The position numbers and the translations under genes are program-made. Below, in pieces: positions 29,801 through 39,884 of a stretch of 64,000 nt of DNA. Position 1 is the first letter of the stretch. Every line of letters starts with the position of its first letter. The DNA is from Candidatus Latescibacterota bacterium (GTDB lineage: Bacteria; Latescibacterota; UBA2968; UBA8231), in the NCBI GenBank assembly GCA_963422735.1, contig OY730476.1, forward strand, positions 4,352,001 through 4,416,000, written 5' to 3'. Under the pieces are notes generated by a model. That model was not told where the DNA came from, did not search any database, and saw nothing but the letters and a program-made list of their open reading frames with translations.

Positions 29801-32234
29801 CGGCGGCGCGTTTGTCCCGCACACGACCACCTCGCCGATTGAGGCCCCCTTTTCACCCGGATACGCCCCAGCAGCGCGGCCTATCATCACCTACCCCCTC
29901 TTCATCAGCGAAGTGCTCGCCGACCCGCCTTCGGGTTTAGCCGGCGACGCCAATCGCGACGGTCGGCCCGACCCGTATGAAGACGAGTTCATCGAACTGT
30001 ACAACGCCGGCCCCGCGCCCATCTCCCTCGCCGGCTGGCGGCTGGGCGACGCTGGGTCCCTAAGCGAGTACTTCCGCTTCCCGCGCAAAGCCGTCATTGC
30101 CCCCCGTTCGTACGTCGTCCTCTTCGGCGGTGGCAACCCCTTGGGGTTCACCGTGCCCGTCTATACCGACGACGGAAAAATCGGCGACGGCCTGAAAAAC
30201 AGCGGCGAGTTTATCCACCTGATCAACGATCATGGCCACGAGGCCGCGTCCCTCTTCCACTCCACTTGGCCAGACGCCCAATCTATCGTCCGTACGCCAC
30301 CGAATGGCGGCGCGTTTGTCTCGCACCAAACCGCCTCGCCGACCAAGGAACCCTTTTCACCCGGATACGCTCCAGAAACGCAGCCCATCATCACCTACGA
30401 TATCTTCATCAGCGAAGTGCTCGCCGATCCCTCCGTAGGACGGGCTGGCGACGCCAATCGCGACGGTCGGCCCGACCCGTATGAAGACGAGTTCATCGAA
30501 CTGTACAACGCCGGCCCCGTGCCCGTCTCCCTCGCCGGCTGGCGGCTGGGCGATGCTGGGTCCCTAAGCGAGTACTTCCGCTTCCCGCGCAAAGCCGTCA
30601 TCGCCCCCCGCTCGTACGTCGTCCTCTTCGGCGGCGGTAACCCGGCGGGGTTCACCGTGCCCGTCTATACCGACGACGGAAAAATCGGCGACGGCCTGAA
30701 AAACAGCGGCGAAGCCATCTACCTAATCGACGGACACGGCGATGAAGTCGCGTTCCTCTCCCACTCCACTTGGCCCGCCGCCCAATCCCTCGTCAGCACT
30801 TCACCTGAGAAAGGAGTGTTTATCCCGCACCAAACCGCCTCTCCGATTGAAGCACCCTTCTCCCCCGGAATCGCCCCAGAAACGCAGACTGAACCAGATA
30901 AGCCCCAAATGCCACCCAAACCCATATATGCCCTCTTTATCAGCGAAGTGCTCGCCGACCCGCCGGCGGGTGCCGCCGGCGACGCCAACCGCGATGGCCA
31001 GCGGCACCCCTATCAAGACGAATTCATCGAACTCTACAACGCGGACTCCGCAGCCGTTGACATAGGCGGCTGGCGATTGGGCGATGCTGCATCGCTATTC
31101 ACGTACTTCCTCTTTCCACCCGATGCCGTCATTGCTCCCGGGTCGTACGTCGTCCTCTTCGGTGGCGGCAACCCCTCCGGGTTCACCGTCCCGGTCTATA
31201 CTGACAACGGAACTATCGGCAACGGACTAACCAACAGCGGCGAGGCCATCTACCTAATCGACGGCACCGGCGATATGGTCGCCAGCGTCTCGCACTCCAC
31301 TTGGCCCGACGGCCAGTCCCTCGTCCGCACGCCAGCAGACGGCGGCGCGTTTGTCCCGCACCAAACCGCCTCCCCGACCAAGGCCCCCTTTTCACCCGGA
31401 CGCGCCCTAGAAACGCCAAAAACGCCCAGCGCTTCATCAACCCACGCCCTCTTTATCAGCGAAGTGCTCGCCGACCCGCCGGCAGGTGCCGCTGGCGACG
31501 CCAATCGCGACGGCCAGCGCAACGGGTACGAAGACGAATTCGTCGAACTCTACAACGCCGGCCAAGATACTCTCACCCTCGCCGGCTGGCGGTTGGGCGA
31601 CAGCACCTCGCCGGACACCTACTTCCGCTTCCCGCCCGACTCCTTCATTGCTCCCGGATCGTACGTCGTCCTCTTCGGCGGCGGCACCCCGGCGGGGTTC
31701 ACCGCACCCGTCTATATCGACGACGGAAAAATCGGCAACGGCCTGACCAACAAGGGCGAGGATATCCACCTGCTCGACGACACTGGCACGGAAATCGCGG
31801 TCGTCTCGCACTCCACTTGGCCCGACGACCAGTCCCTCGTCCGCACGCCACCGGACGGCGGCGCGTTTGTCCCGCACCAAACCGCCTCCCCGACCAAGGC
31901 CCCCTTTTCACCCGGACGCGCCCTAGAACCAGCGTCCGAAGCACCTAAAATAGTATCTGCAATCTCTCTCCAAGTGTGGCCCAACCCCTTCAACGCCAGC
32001 ATCCACCTCGGCTTCCACCTCCGCCATGCCGCCTCTGTCCACGTGGCCATCTACAACGTCCAAGGCCAGTTCGTGCGCTCGCTTGTGGACGCGCCGCTCC
32101 ACGCTGGCACCCACCGGACGCGATGGGATGGCCGCGACGAACGCGGCCATGCAGCCGCCAGCGGCCCGTACTTCGCCCGCTTCCGCATCGGGCATGGCCC
32201 TCCGCGCTACGCCAAGCTCATCCTCCTCCGCTGA
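26841..32234 (+). CDS. secreted protein with 9 lamin-tail-like domains, Pro-Glu/Pro-Lys linkers and a PNPFN/FlgD-type C-terminal domain
   Basis: Signal peptide; nine ISEVLADP...D(A/V)NRDG...DEF(V/I)ELYN...FSPG repeats; ends WPNPFN...WDGRDE...ASGPYF. Confidence 0.9.
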   Translation: MARLLPLVLLLGFASLAEATVVISEVLADPPSGLAGDANRDGQRDTYGDEFVELYNAGSASVEIGGWRLGDSTSSDSYFQFPANAVIESGSYIVLFGGGTPSGFTVPVYIDDGRIGNGLTNKGEDIRLLDDTGTEVASISHDDWPNDQSLVRNPPDGDAFVPHKSVSPTGAPFSPGRATDDEPEPEPEPEPEPEPKPEPKPEPKPEPKPEPTYPLFISEVLADPPSGLAGDANRDGQRDGYEDEFVELYNAGSASVEIGGWRLGDSTSSDSYFQFPANAVIEPGSYVVLFGGGTPSGFTVPVYTDDGRIGNGLTNKGEDIRLLDDTGTEVASISHDDWPNDQSLVRNPPDGDAFVPHKSVSPTGAPFSPGRATDDEPEPEPEPEPEPEPEPEPEPEPEPEPEPEPEPEPEPEPKPEPKPEPKPEPKPEPTYPLFISEVLADPPSGAAGDANRDGQRDGYEDEFVELYNAGSASVDIGGWRLGDSTSSDSYFQFPDAAVIEPGSYVVLFGGGTPSGFTVPVYIDDGRIGNGLTNKGEDIRLIDDKGHEIDVVSHDDWPNDQSLVRNPPDGDAFVPHKSVSPTGAPFSPGRATDDEPKPEPEPEPEPKPEPEPKPKPEPEPKPEPEPKPEPEPEPEPKPEPEPKPEPEPKPEPEPKPEPEPEPEPKPEPEPKPEPEPEPEPDSTYPLFISEVLADPPSGLAGDANRDGQRDGYEDEFVELYNAGSNPILLAGWRLGDSTSSDSYFQFPANAVIAPGSYVVLFGGGTPLGFTMPVYTDDGKIGNGLTNKGEDIRLLDDKGHEIDVVSHDDWPSKQSLVRHPPDGDALVAHQAASTTKALFSPGHTHIIPKPDYPLFISEVLADPPSGLAGDVNRDGRRDTYEDEFIELYNAGNSPISLASWRLGDSTALKNHFQFPPDAVIAPHSYIVLFGGGTPLGFTVPVYTDDGKIGNGLTKKGEDIRLIDNNGHEIDVVSHDDWPSKQSLVRTPADGGAFVPHTTTSPIEAPFSPGYAPAARPIITYPLFISEVLADPPSGLAGDANRDGRPDPYEDEFIELYNAGPAPISLAGWRLGDAGSLSEYFRFPRKAVIAPRSYVVLFGGGNPLGFTVPVYTDDGKIGDGLKNSGEFIHLINDHGHEAASLFHSTWPDAQSIVRTPPNGGAFVSHQTASPTKEPFSPGYAPETQPIITYDIFISEVLADPSVGRAGDANRDGRPDPYEDEFIELYNAGPVPVSLAGWRLGDAGSLSEYFRFPRKAVIAPRSYVVLFGGGNPAGFTVPVYTDDGKIGDGLKNSGEAIYLIDGHGDEVAFLSHSTWPAAQSLVSTSPEKGVFIPHQTASPIEAPFSPGIAPETQTEPDKPQMPPKPIYALFISEVLADPPAGAAGDANRDGQRHPYQDEFIELYNADSAAVDIGGWRLGDAASLFTYFLFPPDAVIAPGSYVVLFGGGNPSGFTVPVYTDNGTIGNGLTNSGEAIYLIDGTGDMVASVSHSTWPDGQSLVRTPADGGAFVPHQTASPTKAPFSPGRALETPKTPSASSTHALFISEVLADPPAGAAGDANRDGQRNGYEDEFVELYNAGQDTLTLAGWRLGDSTSPDTYFRFPPDSFIAPGSYVVLFGGGTPAGFTAPVYIDDGKIGNGLTNKGEDIHLLDDTGTEIAVVSHSTWPDDQSLVRTPPDGGAFVPHQTASPTKAPFSPGRALEPASEAPKIVSAISLQVWPNPFNASIHLGFHLRHAASVHVAIYNVQGQFVRSLVDAPLHAGTHRTRWDGRDERGHAAASGPYFARFRIGHGPPRYAKLILLR
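27384..27473 (+). repeat. hexamer tandem repeat, 15 units (GAACCT/AAACCT/GAGCCC)
   Basis: Encodes the (EP/KP)15 linker. Confidence 0.95.
27966..28127 (+). repeat. hexamer tandem repeat, 27 units
   Basis: Encodes the (EP/KP)27 linker. Confidence 0.95.
28620..28877 (+). repeat. hexamer tandem repeat, 43 units
   Basis: Encodes the (EP/KP)43 linker. Confidence 0.95.
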
Positions 32235-32235
32235 G

Positions 32236-32272
32236 AAAAAAAGCCCCATCTCCACGCAGGGAGACAGGGCTT
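32236..32272. terminator. possible intrinsic terminator between convergent genes
   Basis: A-tract then an imperfect hairpin AAGCCCCATCTCC...GGGAGACAGGGCTT; the U-tract faces the minus-strand (sodN) transcript. Confidence 0.45.
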
Positions 32273-32295
32273 CCACCAGTGGGCTTGGAAATACG

Positions 32296-32754
32296 TCAGT
32301 TTTGATAGGCTTGCTTAAACTCGCGCAATAAGGTCCGCATCTTCTCCACCTGTTCCACATCCACTGTCTGCTTGCACTTCATGGCCCCCCGGAGCATCTT
32401 GTGCAAAAGCACCAGCTTGCCGGTATATGCGGCCATCGCCTCGTCTCCTTGTTCTACTTCCTTGAGCCGCTGCGTCATAAAATACTGGGTGACGACGTGC
32501 TGGACTCTATTGGCGTGCTCTTCCTTGTTCGCCACCCACCGCGCTAGCTGATTCGCGCTTTGGGCATCGCTTTGGCCTGCTAGCGCAGTGATCTGCTTCA
32601 TGGCCTTCTCAATGGTCGTGAGATCCTCCTCAATTGCGACAAAACGCGCCTCGTCCCCATAAATACCGCAAGGGATCTCGCAGTGTGCCAGCAGCGGCGC
32701 GGCTGTGGCCAAAAGACAAAAGGCGAGTAGAAGCATCAATTTTCCTTTCTTCAC
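32296..32754 (-). CDS. sodN: nickel superoxide dismutase precursor
   Basis: Ni-hook HCEIPCGIY after a signal peptide ending LLA; RWVANKEEHA. GTG start with AGGAG RBS. Confidence 0.92.
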   Translation of the reverse strand: MKKGKLMLLLAFCLLATAAPLLAHCEIPCGIYGDEARFVAIEEDLTTIEKAMKQITALAGQSDAQSANQLARWVANKEEHANRVQHVVTQYFMTQRLKEVEQGDEAMAAYTGKLVLLHKMLRGAMKCKQTVDVEQVEKMRTLLREFKQAYQN

Positions 32755-32796
32755 AAGGGCCTCCTTGGCAAAATGGTCCGTAGAGATAGGCAAGGC

Positions 32797-32825
32797 ATTA
32801 TAGGGCCATTTTGGCAGCGGGGCAA
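32797..32825 (-). promoter_or_regulatory. sigma70-type promoter for sodN
   Basis: TTGCCC-N17-TATAAT on the minus strand. Confidence 0.55.
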
Positions 32826-32839
32826 TTTTGCGACCGGCC

Positions 32840-33934
32840 CTAATCGCGCCAAGTGCGCGAGTCCGCGCGGATGAGCCAGCGGTTAATCGCGCCATCCGCG
32901 TCCAAATCGACGGCTTCTTCTAGCTGCGCCTCAAACTGGTGGTCGGTCACTTGAATGACCGGCGGCCAGCGGAAGTGCTGCAAGACCCGCGCAGCCATGC
33001 CGAGCGAGTCCAGGCTGGACGCATAGTGGCCGCGCTCGCGGCGAAAGCTCTGCTGGCGATAGTAGATCCCGCGCAAGATGTGCTTGGCCTCCTCGGCGGC
33101 TGCCGGGCGAAAGGGCACCTTTTGCCGTCCGACGACCTCGGTGGCAAATTGCACGAACCCCCACTTTTCCGGGTAGTGCATATTAACCAATCCTTGCGGT
33201 GACCAGACCCAGTTGTCCGGGCTGCGGCCCTCTATTTTGACGTACTTGCCCACATCATTGGCTAAGGCCCATTGCACCCGCGAAAAGTTGATTCGCCATT
33301 GATCGCCATCCACGGGCGGCACCTTCTTGTGCGTGGCCTCGGCCAGCACGGCCCACGGAAAGGCCATCTCCACCGACCAACCCTGGTCCTCGTCACTGGG
33401 ATCGTTGATGCTGCCCCACACGCGCACGGCTGTTTTCAGGCCAGCGATGTCCCAAGCGCTTATGAAGGGACCGCCGTCTCGGTATGGCTTGACCATCAAC
33501 AAATCCCACTCCGTACCGAGGGCATTGATCTCAAACTCGTAGTACTGATGCGTATCGCCGTCTGGGTCGATAAAGACCTCGAAGTCGTTTTCTTGGTAGA
33601 TCGTCGCGTCGCGCCTAGCGATTGTGGCCCACACGTGCGGCTCCTCCAAATCGGTGGCTATATATAAATACTCGTCGTCCCACAGCATTTTCGCCCGCGT
33701 TTGCAGATGCGGTGCTGGCCTGCGATCACCCTCGATATCGACGAACGGCGCGGTCCAATCCGCCCGCTGCCAAGACGGCTCGTCGAGGTTGCCGTCGATT
33801 TCTATAGGGCCGACCGTGCGATGCGCCACATAGGTCCGCGGCTCAATGCTCTCTACGTAGTCGATGTCAAAGCGCGGTTGCCCCTCGGCGACAGAGGCCA
33901 GCAAGGTCGCGCCCAACAAGGCCCAGTGCAACAT
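32840..33934 (-). CDS. CBM9-like carbohydrate-binding family protein
   Basis: Signal peptide, IDGNLDEPSW, WDDEYLY, ENDFEVFIDP, WRINFSR and MHYPEKWG motifs. Confidence 0.85.
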   Translation of the reverse strand: MLHWALLGATLLASVAEGQPRFDIDYVESIEPRTYVAHRTVGPIEIDGNLDEPSWQRADWTAPFVDIEGDRRPAPHLQTRAKMLWDDEYLYIATDLEEPHVWATIARRDATIYQENDFEVFIDPDGDTHQYYEFEINALGTEWDLLMVKPYRDGGPFISAWDIAGLKTAVRVWGSINDPSDEDQGWSVEMAFPWAVLAEATHKKVPPVDGDQWRINFSRVQWALANDVGKYVKIEGRSPDNWVWSPQGLVNMHYPEKWGFVQFATEVVGRQKVPFRPAAAEEAKHILRGIYYRQQSFRRERGHYASSLDSLGMAARVLQHFRWPPVIQVTDHQFEAQLEEAVDLDADGAINRWLIRADSRTWRD

Positions 33935-34036
33935 GGCACCTCCTTTGTTCGCTTGTTTTCCAAGTCTAACGCTATTGCATCAATATATCACTTTGCGCTA
34001 CTTTTTGACTGTGCATCGCCAACAGGGACTCACGCT

Positions 34037-34360
34037 ATGACCGATAAAATGGCCCTCTACAAGAGCGGCATGAACAAATTCGCCCAGCAGGACTTCGCCG
34101 GGGCCTTGGACGACCTAGCCCAAGCCATCGGGCTCGACCCGCAATTTGCCGACGCCTACCAAGCTGTGGCGCATTGCCACGAGAAGTTGGGCGACCTCGA
34201 CCAAGCGCTCAGCGCGGCGCAACAGGCCGCCGAGCACGGCCCCGACGACTTCCTCGTCCACACCAGCCTCTCTATGTTCTACCAGCGCAAAGGCATGATC
34301 GCCGAGGCCGAAAGAGAAAAGGCCATCGCCGCCCGCCTGCAAGCCGAAAACCCCTTGTAA
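34037..34360 (+). CDS. tetratricopeptide repeat protein
   Basis: TPR pattern AIGLDPQFADAY...HTSLSMFYQRKG. Confidence 0.8.
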   Translation: MTDKMALYKSGMNKFAQQDFAGALDDLAQAIGLDPQFADAYQAVAHCHEKLGDLDQALSAAQQAAEHGPDDFLVHTSLSMFYQRKGMIAEAEREKAIAARLQAENPL

Positions 34361-34375
34361 CCCATACATCCCAAC

Positions 34376-35413
34376 ATGCAACTCGGCCCTCACCAACTCA
34401 ACCCCTTCAAGGAGAACATGCCCATCCTCACCCTAGCCCCGATGGCCGGGGTGAGCAACTGGGTCTTTCGCCTTATATGCGCGCGCCTCGGGGCGCGGCT
34501 GGTCGGGGTTGAATTTATCAACTGCCGCACCATCGGCATCCGCTCGCGCAAGAGCTTGCAGATGCTCGACTTTTCCGACGCGCCCATCTATGCCGACACG
34601 GGCATCTCGCTTCTGGCCGCGCAAATCTACGGCAACGACATCGACCTGATCGCCAATGGGGCGCGGGAATTCGAGCGGCGCGGCGCACAGGTGGTGGATA
34701 TCAACTTTGGATGTTCCGTACCCAAAATCGTCGCCAAAGGCTGCGGCGCGGCCTATTTGCGCGATCTCGACCGGCTCTATCAAGCCGTTGAGCGCACCGT
34801 CAAAGCCGTCTCGGTTCCGGTGATCGTCAAGACGCGCCTAGGCTGGGACGAAGGGCAGATCAATATCCTCGAAGTGGTGCGCCGCTGCGAGGACGCCGGT
34901 GCCCAAGCCGTGGCCATCCACGCCCGCACCGTCGTGCAAAAATACAAAGGCCAGGCCAACTGGCACTGGATCGGCCGCGCCGTCGAAGCCTTCTCGCTAC
35001 CCATCATCGGCAACGGCGATGTACTCACCCTCGACGACGCCCGCCTCATGCAGCGAAAAACAGGCTGTGCCGCGGTCATGGTCGGGCGGGCGGCCCTGGC
35101 CAATCCCTGGCTCTTTTCCGGCCGCAGCGGCGCAGCCCTCTCAGAGCGCATCAACCTGGCGCTGGAGCAGCTACGCCTGATGGCCGCGTACAAAGGCGAG
35201 CGCGCAGGCATCCGCGAGACGCGCAAGCACCTTGCCCTCTACTTCAAGAGCTTACCCCGCGCCTCCGCGCTGCGCCGCCGTCTGCTGACAACCCCTTCCT
35301 TGGCCGAGTTGGCCGATCTGCTAGCCGAGTGGAAAGAACCAGCCGCTGCAGAAGCCGACCTCACCCTGTCGGCGGCGGAAGCCGAAGCCCTCGCGTGGGG
35401 CGGGAACGGATGA
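34376..35413 (+). CDS. dusB: tRNA-dihydrouridine synthase (DusB-like)
   Basis: LAPMAGVS, DINFGC, VKTRLGWD, IHART, IGNGDV and VMVGRAALANPW motifs. Confidence 0.88.
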   Translation: MQLGPHQLNPFKENMPILTLAPMAGVSNWVFRLICARLGARLVGVEFINCRTIGIRSRKSLQMLDFSDAPIYADTGISLLAAQIYGNDIDLIANGAREFERRGAQVVDINFGCSVPKIVAKGCGAAYLRDLDRLYQAVERTVKAVSVPVIVKTRLGWDEGQINILEVVRRCEDAGAQAVAIHARTVVQKYKGQANWHWIGRAVEAFSLPIIGNGDVLTLDDARLMQRKTGCAAVMVGRAALANPWLFSGRSGAALSERINLALEQLRLMAAYKGERAGIRETRKHLALYFKSLPRASALRRRLLTTPSLAELADLLAEWKEPAAAEADLTLSAAEAEALAWGGNG

Positions 35414-35625
35414 TAGACCGGTTATCCCCCATCCTGAAGCCCGGCGTGAAGTCTTTGGTCACTCATTAAAGGGACGGTGCCCGCTCATGGGACCAATCCT
35501 CCCTTCAGCGGGAAGTTGATATCATAGCGTGGCCATGGTATCATGGAAGGACCATTAGTTTGAAATCCCGCCCAAAATGGCCAAAATCAGGCACGGGAAT
35601 TTAGCTCTGAGGCATCTAAGTAAAA

Positions 35626-36846
35626 ATGAAAATCAAGTCCATTGACCTAGTCCGCGTCGAACGCCCCGACGGCCCTTCGTTCAGCGCCCGTTCCCAAGCC
35701 GGCTCGACGCTCTCCGCCTCGACGGCCCCTGCCCAGCAGAGCCAACCCCGCCGCAAGGCTTGGCCCACCGAAATTGAAGTAGCCAACCCGATGTCGCGCT
35801 TCCCGCGCTTCAAGCCCCGTCGCCAACTCTACGCCGCCCGGCAATGGCCCGGCTTCGCAGTCAAAGTTACGGCCGAGGACGGCACTTGGGGTTTGGGCAC
35901 GGCGGCGGGTCGGCCGGCCGCCGCGGTCGTCGAAGACGCCTTCGCCCATATCCTCACAGGTGAGGACTGCCTAGCTATTGATAAGCTATGGGATATGATG
36001 TTCCGCGTTTCTAAACCCTTCGGCACCGTTGGCATCGCCACCGTCGCCATCAGTGCCGTGGACTTGGCGCTGTGGGACTTGGCTGGCAAGCTGCAACAAA
36101 AGCCCGTGTACCAGCTCATCGGCGGCCCGGCTCGGGAGCGGATCTTCACCTACGCCACCGGCGACGATGTCGATTGGTATCGCGAACTGGGCTTCCGAGC
36201 CTTCAAACTCCCTTGCCAATACGGCCCCGCCGACGGCTTGTGGGGCTTGGACCAAAACGAGCAGCGGGTTGCCGAAGTCCGCGCATTAATCGGCGACGAC
36301 TGCGAGCTCATGCTCGACTGCTACATGGCCTTTGACGTCGAATACAGCGTCCGCCTAGCCGAGCGCCTCAGACCTTACAAGTTGCGCTGGCTGGAGGAGT
36401 GTTTGATTCCCGAAGACGTCAAAAGTCATATCAAACTCAAAGAGTGCCTGCCTTGGCAAACGCTGGCCAGCGGCGAACACTTCTACACCCACTACCCCTA
36501 CCAGCAGATGATCGAGCATCGCGCCCTCGACGTGCTACAGCCCGATATCCATTGGGTCGGGGGACTGACCGCCTGTATCAAGATCTGCCATATGGCCGAG
36601 GCCGCTGGGCTTGAAGTCTGCCTCCACGGCGGGGGTCGCGACCCCTATGGTCAGCACTTGACTTGGGCGATGCCCAATACGCCCTGGGGCGAATACTACA
36701 TCGGCTCGGATCCAGGAATCCCGCTGGAGGAAGTAGCCGAGCCGGGAGCGCTGGTGCCCCAAGACAGCTATCTGGAATTTGTACCACGGGGACCGGGTTT
36801 CGACCTCGGGATCGAGGAGGATTGGCTGGTGTCATTCGGGTCATAA
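35626..36846 (+). CDS. enolase-superfamily sugar-acid dehydratase (L-rhamnonate dehydratase-like)
   Basis: VANPMSRF, AISAVDLALWDL, YGPADG, LMLDCYM, WLEE, SGEH and QPDIHWVGG motifs. Confidence 0.85.
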   Translation: MKIKSIDLVRVERPDGPSFSARSQAGSTLSASTAPAQQSQPRRKAWPTEIEVANPMSRFPRFKPRRQLYAARQWPGFAVKVTAEDGTWGLGTAAGRPAAAVVEDAFAHILTGEDCLAIDKLWDMMFRVSKPFGTVGIATVAISAVDLALWDLAGKLQQKPVYQLIGGPARERIFTYATGDDVDWYRELGFRAFKLPCQYGPADGLWGLDQNEQRVAEVRALIGDDCELMLDCYMAFDVEYSVRLAERLRPYKLRWLEECLIPEDVKSHIKLKECLPWQTLASGEHFYTHYPYQQMIEHRALDVLQPDIHWVGGLTACIKICHMAEAAGLEVCLHGGGRDPYGQHLTWAMPNTPWGEYYIGSDPGIPLEEVAEPGALVPQDSYLEFVPRGPGFDLGIEEDWLVSFGS

Positions 36847-36917
36847 GGCCGCTTGTCCAGACGACCGATTTTGCGTATTTAGCTTCTATTGATGTCTGTC
36901 TTCCGAGAGTCCTGCCC

Positions 36918-37579
36918 ATGCTCCGCATCTTCGCCACCCTCTCCCCGCTTCTTCTGCCCGGTATTCTGTCGGCGCAAATAAGCACTTGGCAGTTCGGCGG
37001 CAGCGGCGGCCTTGCATGGTCGGCGAGCGATTCGGTCCGCATCTTCATCGACTTCGATTCCGTCCCCGGGGCCATCCAGCCCATCTACCGGACCTCTACC
37101 CAAACCGTCTTTTCGCACCTCGACAACGGGTCTCTCTATGGGCCGTGTTCTTCGTCGATGAACTCTTCCTCTACGTGATCTAAGAATTCGAAGGCACTTC
37201 GGGCAATCACCGCGGCTCGGCCGGCCCGGGGCACAACATCCTAGTCTCAGACGGCTCGCTGAGCGCGGGCACCGGCTGGGTGGTGCCCACGCTCAGCATA
37301 CGCTACAAACTCAGGCCGCGCAGAATGCGTTATATGTTCTGGCACGGCCTGACCGATCGCGATTGGCTCGAATCCAAATGGGGCGAGTTTATGCTGTCCT
37401 CGCCGGGCGCAAGTAGCCGTCCCGCCCCGGTCACCGAGGGGTTGCACCGCCTCTTCACTCGGAACGGCCGCGACGTCAACGGAGCGAGCGTAGCCCTTGG
37501 CCTGTACGTCCTGCTCGTCGATCTCGGTGCCGACTCCGGCGACGATACGATGCTGCGCCCTATCGCTGTCGCCTATTAG
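36918..37579 (+). pseudogene. heavily deleted secreted protein with a FlgD-like C-terminus
   Basis: Signal peptide plus WQFGGSGGLAW, an early stop, then a terminal NGRDVNGASV..GLYVLLV...IAVAY* fragment. Confidence 0.55.
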
Positions 37580-37738
37580 GAGATCATCGCTACCACACAG
37601 CGGGCAAAAGGCTTGTTCCGGCCAGCGGATTTGCTCCAAATGGTCGAGGCAAGATCGTTGAAATGGTGATTAGATTCGTGGCTAATTCCCCTTTTGTTAT
37701 GCTATAGATATAGGCAAACAATAGGAATAAGTTAAGCC
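37580..37738 (-). mobile_element. IS1595-family remnant (left end plus transposase zinc-ribbon fragment)
   Basis: NLITI...CLDHLEQIRWPEQAFCPLCGS with a broken start and frame, preceded by an AT-rich stretch beginning GGCTTAACTTATT. Confidence 0.7.
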
Positions 37739-37756
37739 TAAAAATACTAATTGCGC

Positions 37757-38887
37757 TTAAAATTCCACATACGGTTCAGACTCAATCGGCGTAAACGACT
37801 TCGGCGGATGTTGCTCCATAACATCCTCTCGCAACTCTACGCCCCAACCCGGTCCTGCGGGTGGCACACAATGTCCATCGAGCACTTCAATAGGTTGCGT
37901 AAGTACCTCGTTGTACAGATCAATAGACGACACAAAAATCTCTTGCAGCAAACTGTTGTGAACACACAGATCCAAATGCAAGCTGGCGATTGTTGAAATC
38001 GGCCCATTGGAATTGTGTGGGGCGATTGTTACGTAATACGTTTCAGCCATTGCAGCAATTTTCTTTAACTCAGTGATGCCGCCCGCATGACAAATATCCG
38101 GCTGAATAAGCCCGACTGCGTTCAGCTCCAACAGTGTACGAAAATCCCATCGAGTGTATAGCTGTTCACCCGTTGCAATTGGCACATTCACCTCATGGGC
38201 AAATTGCGCCAGCGCTTCTGGATTATCCCACAAAATAGGCTCTTCCATCCACGCAATGTTATAGGGCTCCAATTCCTGCGCTACCCGTCTTGCGCTCCAT
38301 ATATTTAACCGCGCTCGAATGTCAATCCCAATCTCGATTTGCGACCCCGCCACTTCGCGGGCCGCTTCCACAAGGGCAACGCCGTGCTGAATCCGATCGA
38401 TCTTTGCCACTTGCGCGCCGCTAAATGGGTAAAACTTCAACGCCTCATAGCCCTGATCCACCACTCGTTTTACGCCCTCGGAAATCCCTTCAGGTGTGTT
38501 GTCCTTTCTCGGCCACCCATTGGCGTACATGCGAATTTTATCGTGCGATCTTCCACCCAATAATTCATATACGGGGACGCTCAATGCTTTGCCTTTGATG
38601 TCCCACAATGCTAGGTCAATAGCACTAATCGCACTCGTTGTCACCGGCCCTCCTGACCACGTCACCCGCCGATACAACGAAGTCCAAATCCGCTCAATCT
38701 CAAACGGGTTTTTGCCTAGCAGAAAACGCTTGAACGCCGCAAACTCGCCCATCAATCCGTCATCCTTAAACTGCAAACTCGCTTCGCCCCACCCGTAAAT
38801 ACCGGCGTCTGTTTCAATTTTCACAAACGTCCAATTGTTCCCACCATTCGATCCCATCCGCATTACCTGCAAGTCAGTAATCTTCAT
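37757..38887 (-). CDS. mandelate racemase/galactonate dehydratase-like enzyme
   Basis: NWTFVKIETDAGIYGWGEA, DLALWDIKGK, WMEEP, ATGE, QPDICHAGGITE and APHN motifs. Codon usage is AT-richer than the surroundings. Confidence 0.9.
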   Translation of the reverse strand: MKITDLQVMRMGSNGGNNWTFVKIETDAGIYGWGEASLQFKDDGLMGEFAAFKRFLLGKNPFEIERIWTSLYRRVTWSGGPVTTSAISAIDLALWDIKGKALSVPVYELLGGRSHDKIRMYANGWPRKDNTPEGISEGVKRVVDQGYEALKFYPFSGAQVAKIDRIQHGVALVEAAREVAGSQIEIGIDIRARLNIWSARRVAQELEPYNIAWMEEPILWDNPEALAQFAHEVNVPIATGEQLYTRWDFRTLLELNAVGLIQPDICHAGGITELKKIAAMAETYYVTIAPHNSNGPISTIASLHLDLCVHNSLLQEIFVSSIDLYNEVLTQPIEVLDGHCVPPAGPGWGVELREDVMEQHPPKSFTPIESEPYVEF

Positions 38888-38919
38888 TTTTGTTCTCCGT
38901 CGTATTTAGTTAGTAGCCT

Positions 38920-39848
38920 TCATATCCCCATGACGTGGGTGAAAACCGCAGCCCAGCCATTGCCCCCGGTACGCACTTTGCTCGCTTTTGAGCGGACGCT
39001 TGCGCGCAGCCACAGAATTGGCTCGACCGGGGCGGGGGTCCAAACGGCACATGCGGTGGCCCAGAATAACGCCCGTGTCCGGCACGGTGAGGCAGGCACC
39101 GAAGGCCCCGCCTTGGGTGATTGCCCTCGGCGTCCGCAGCCGATACGTGCAAGGTTTCGGCGACGGCCAGAGGAGAGGCTTCCCACACTTGCTGATTGAC
39201 CTGCTCGGGGAATTGCCCCAGGGCTTCGGCGCGACTGGAGCAAGTGCTCCACCGGCACATCGCCGACGTAGCGCAGGCGGTCGCGCCAGGCTTGTTTGAC
39301 GACTTCGGCTAGCTGGTGCCAATACAGGGCTTGGTCGTCGGGCACCACGGGAAAGCATTCTAGCATGTGCAAAATCTGTAGGGCGGAGAGGCAGCCGTTG
39401 GGCAAAATTGGCCCGTACATCGGCACGTCTCGATAGGTGATTTGGTATGGCTCGGTGAGGCGTGGCTCAAAGTCGGCCATATCCCGGCGGGTGAGGGCAC
39501 CTCCGTTGGCTTGGACATAATCGCCGATGGTACGGCCCAATTCCCCGCAGTAAAAATCGCGTACGCTGCAAGCGTATTCCTTTTCGTTGATGTCCTTGTT
39601 GTCGCGGCGGGCCGGTAGAATATCGTACATGTACTCGTGGGCAGTGGCTGGGGCTACGGCATTGGCGTCGAGCGACCAGACGCGGTCGGTGGGACGACGG
39701 CAGCCGACATATAGCCGCCGATGCCGTTGGATTGGGGCACCAACATGCAGCAGGCCAAACTGGGAGCCGCGGCCGCATCCATGGCGTTGCCGCCTTGGGC
39801 CAGTATCTGTGCGCCGCCTCCGGCTAGTACTTGGTGTCCTTCGATCAT
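38920..39848 (-). pseudogene. gamma-glutamyltransferase family remnant
   Basis: ILAQGGNAMDAA, GIGGY, FYCGELG, GGALTRRDM, TQGGAFG, TGVILGH and PGRANSVA are spread across frames with deletions. Confidence 0.8.
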
Positions 39849-39884
39849 CTGGGTCTCCTCACAACAGGAAATTCCGGCGCACCA

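Noticed and set aside
35414-35625. intergenic stretch with a weak dyad (AAATCCCG...CGGGAATT)
   Set aside because: Too weak to call an IS end or ncRNA, and no second copy was seen.
38918-38947. TTCATATCCCCATGACGTGGGTGAAAAC, loosely resembling a type I-E CRISPR repeat
   Set aside because: It is a single degenerate copy with no array or cas genes, at the end of the ggt remnant.
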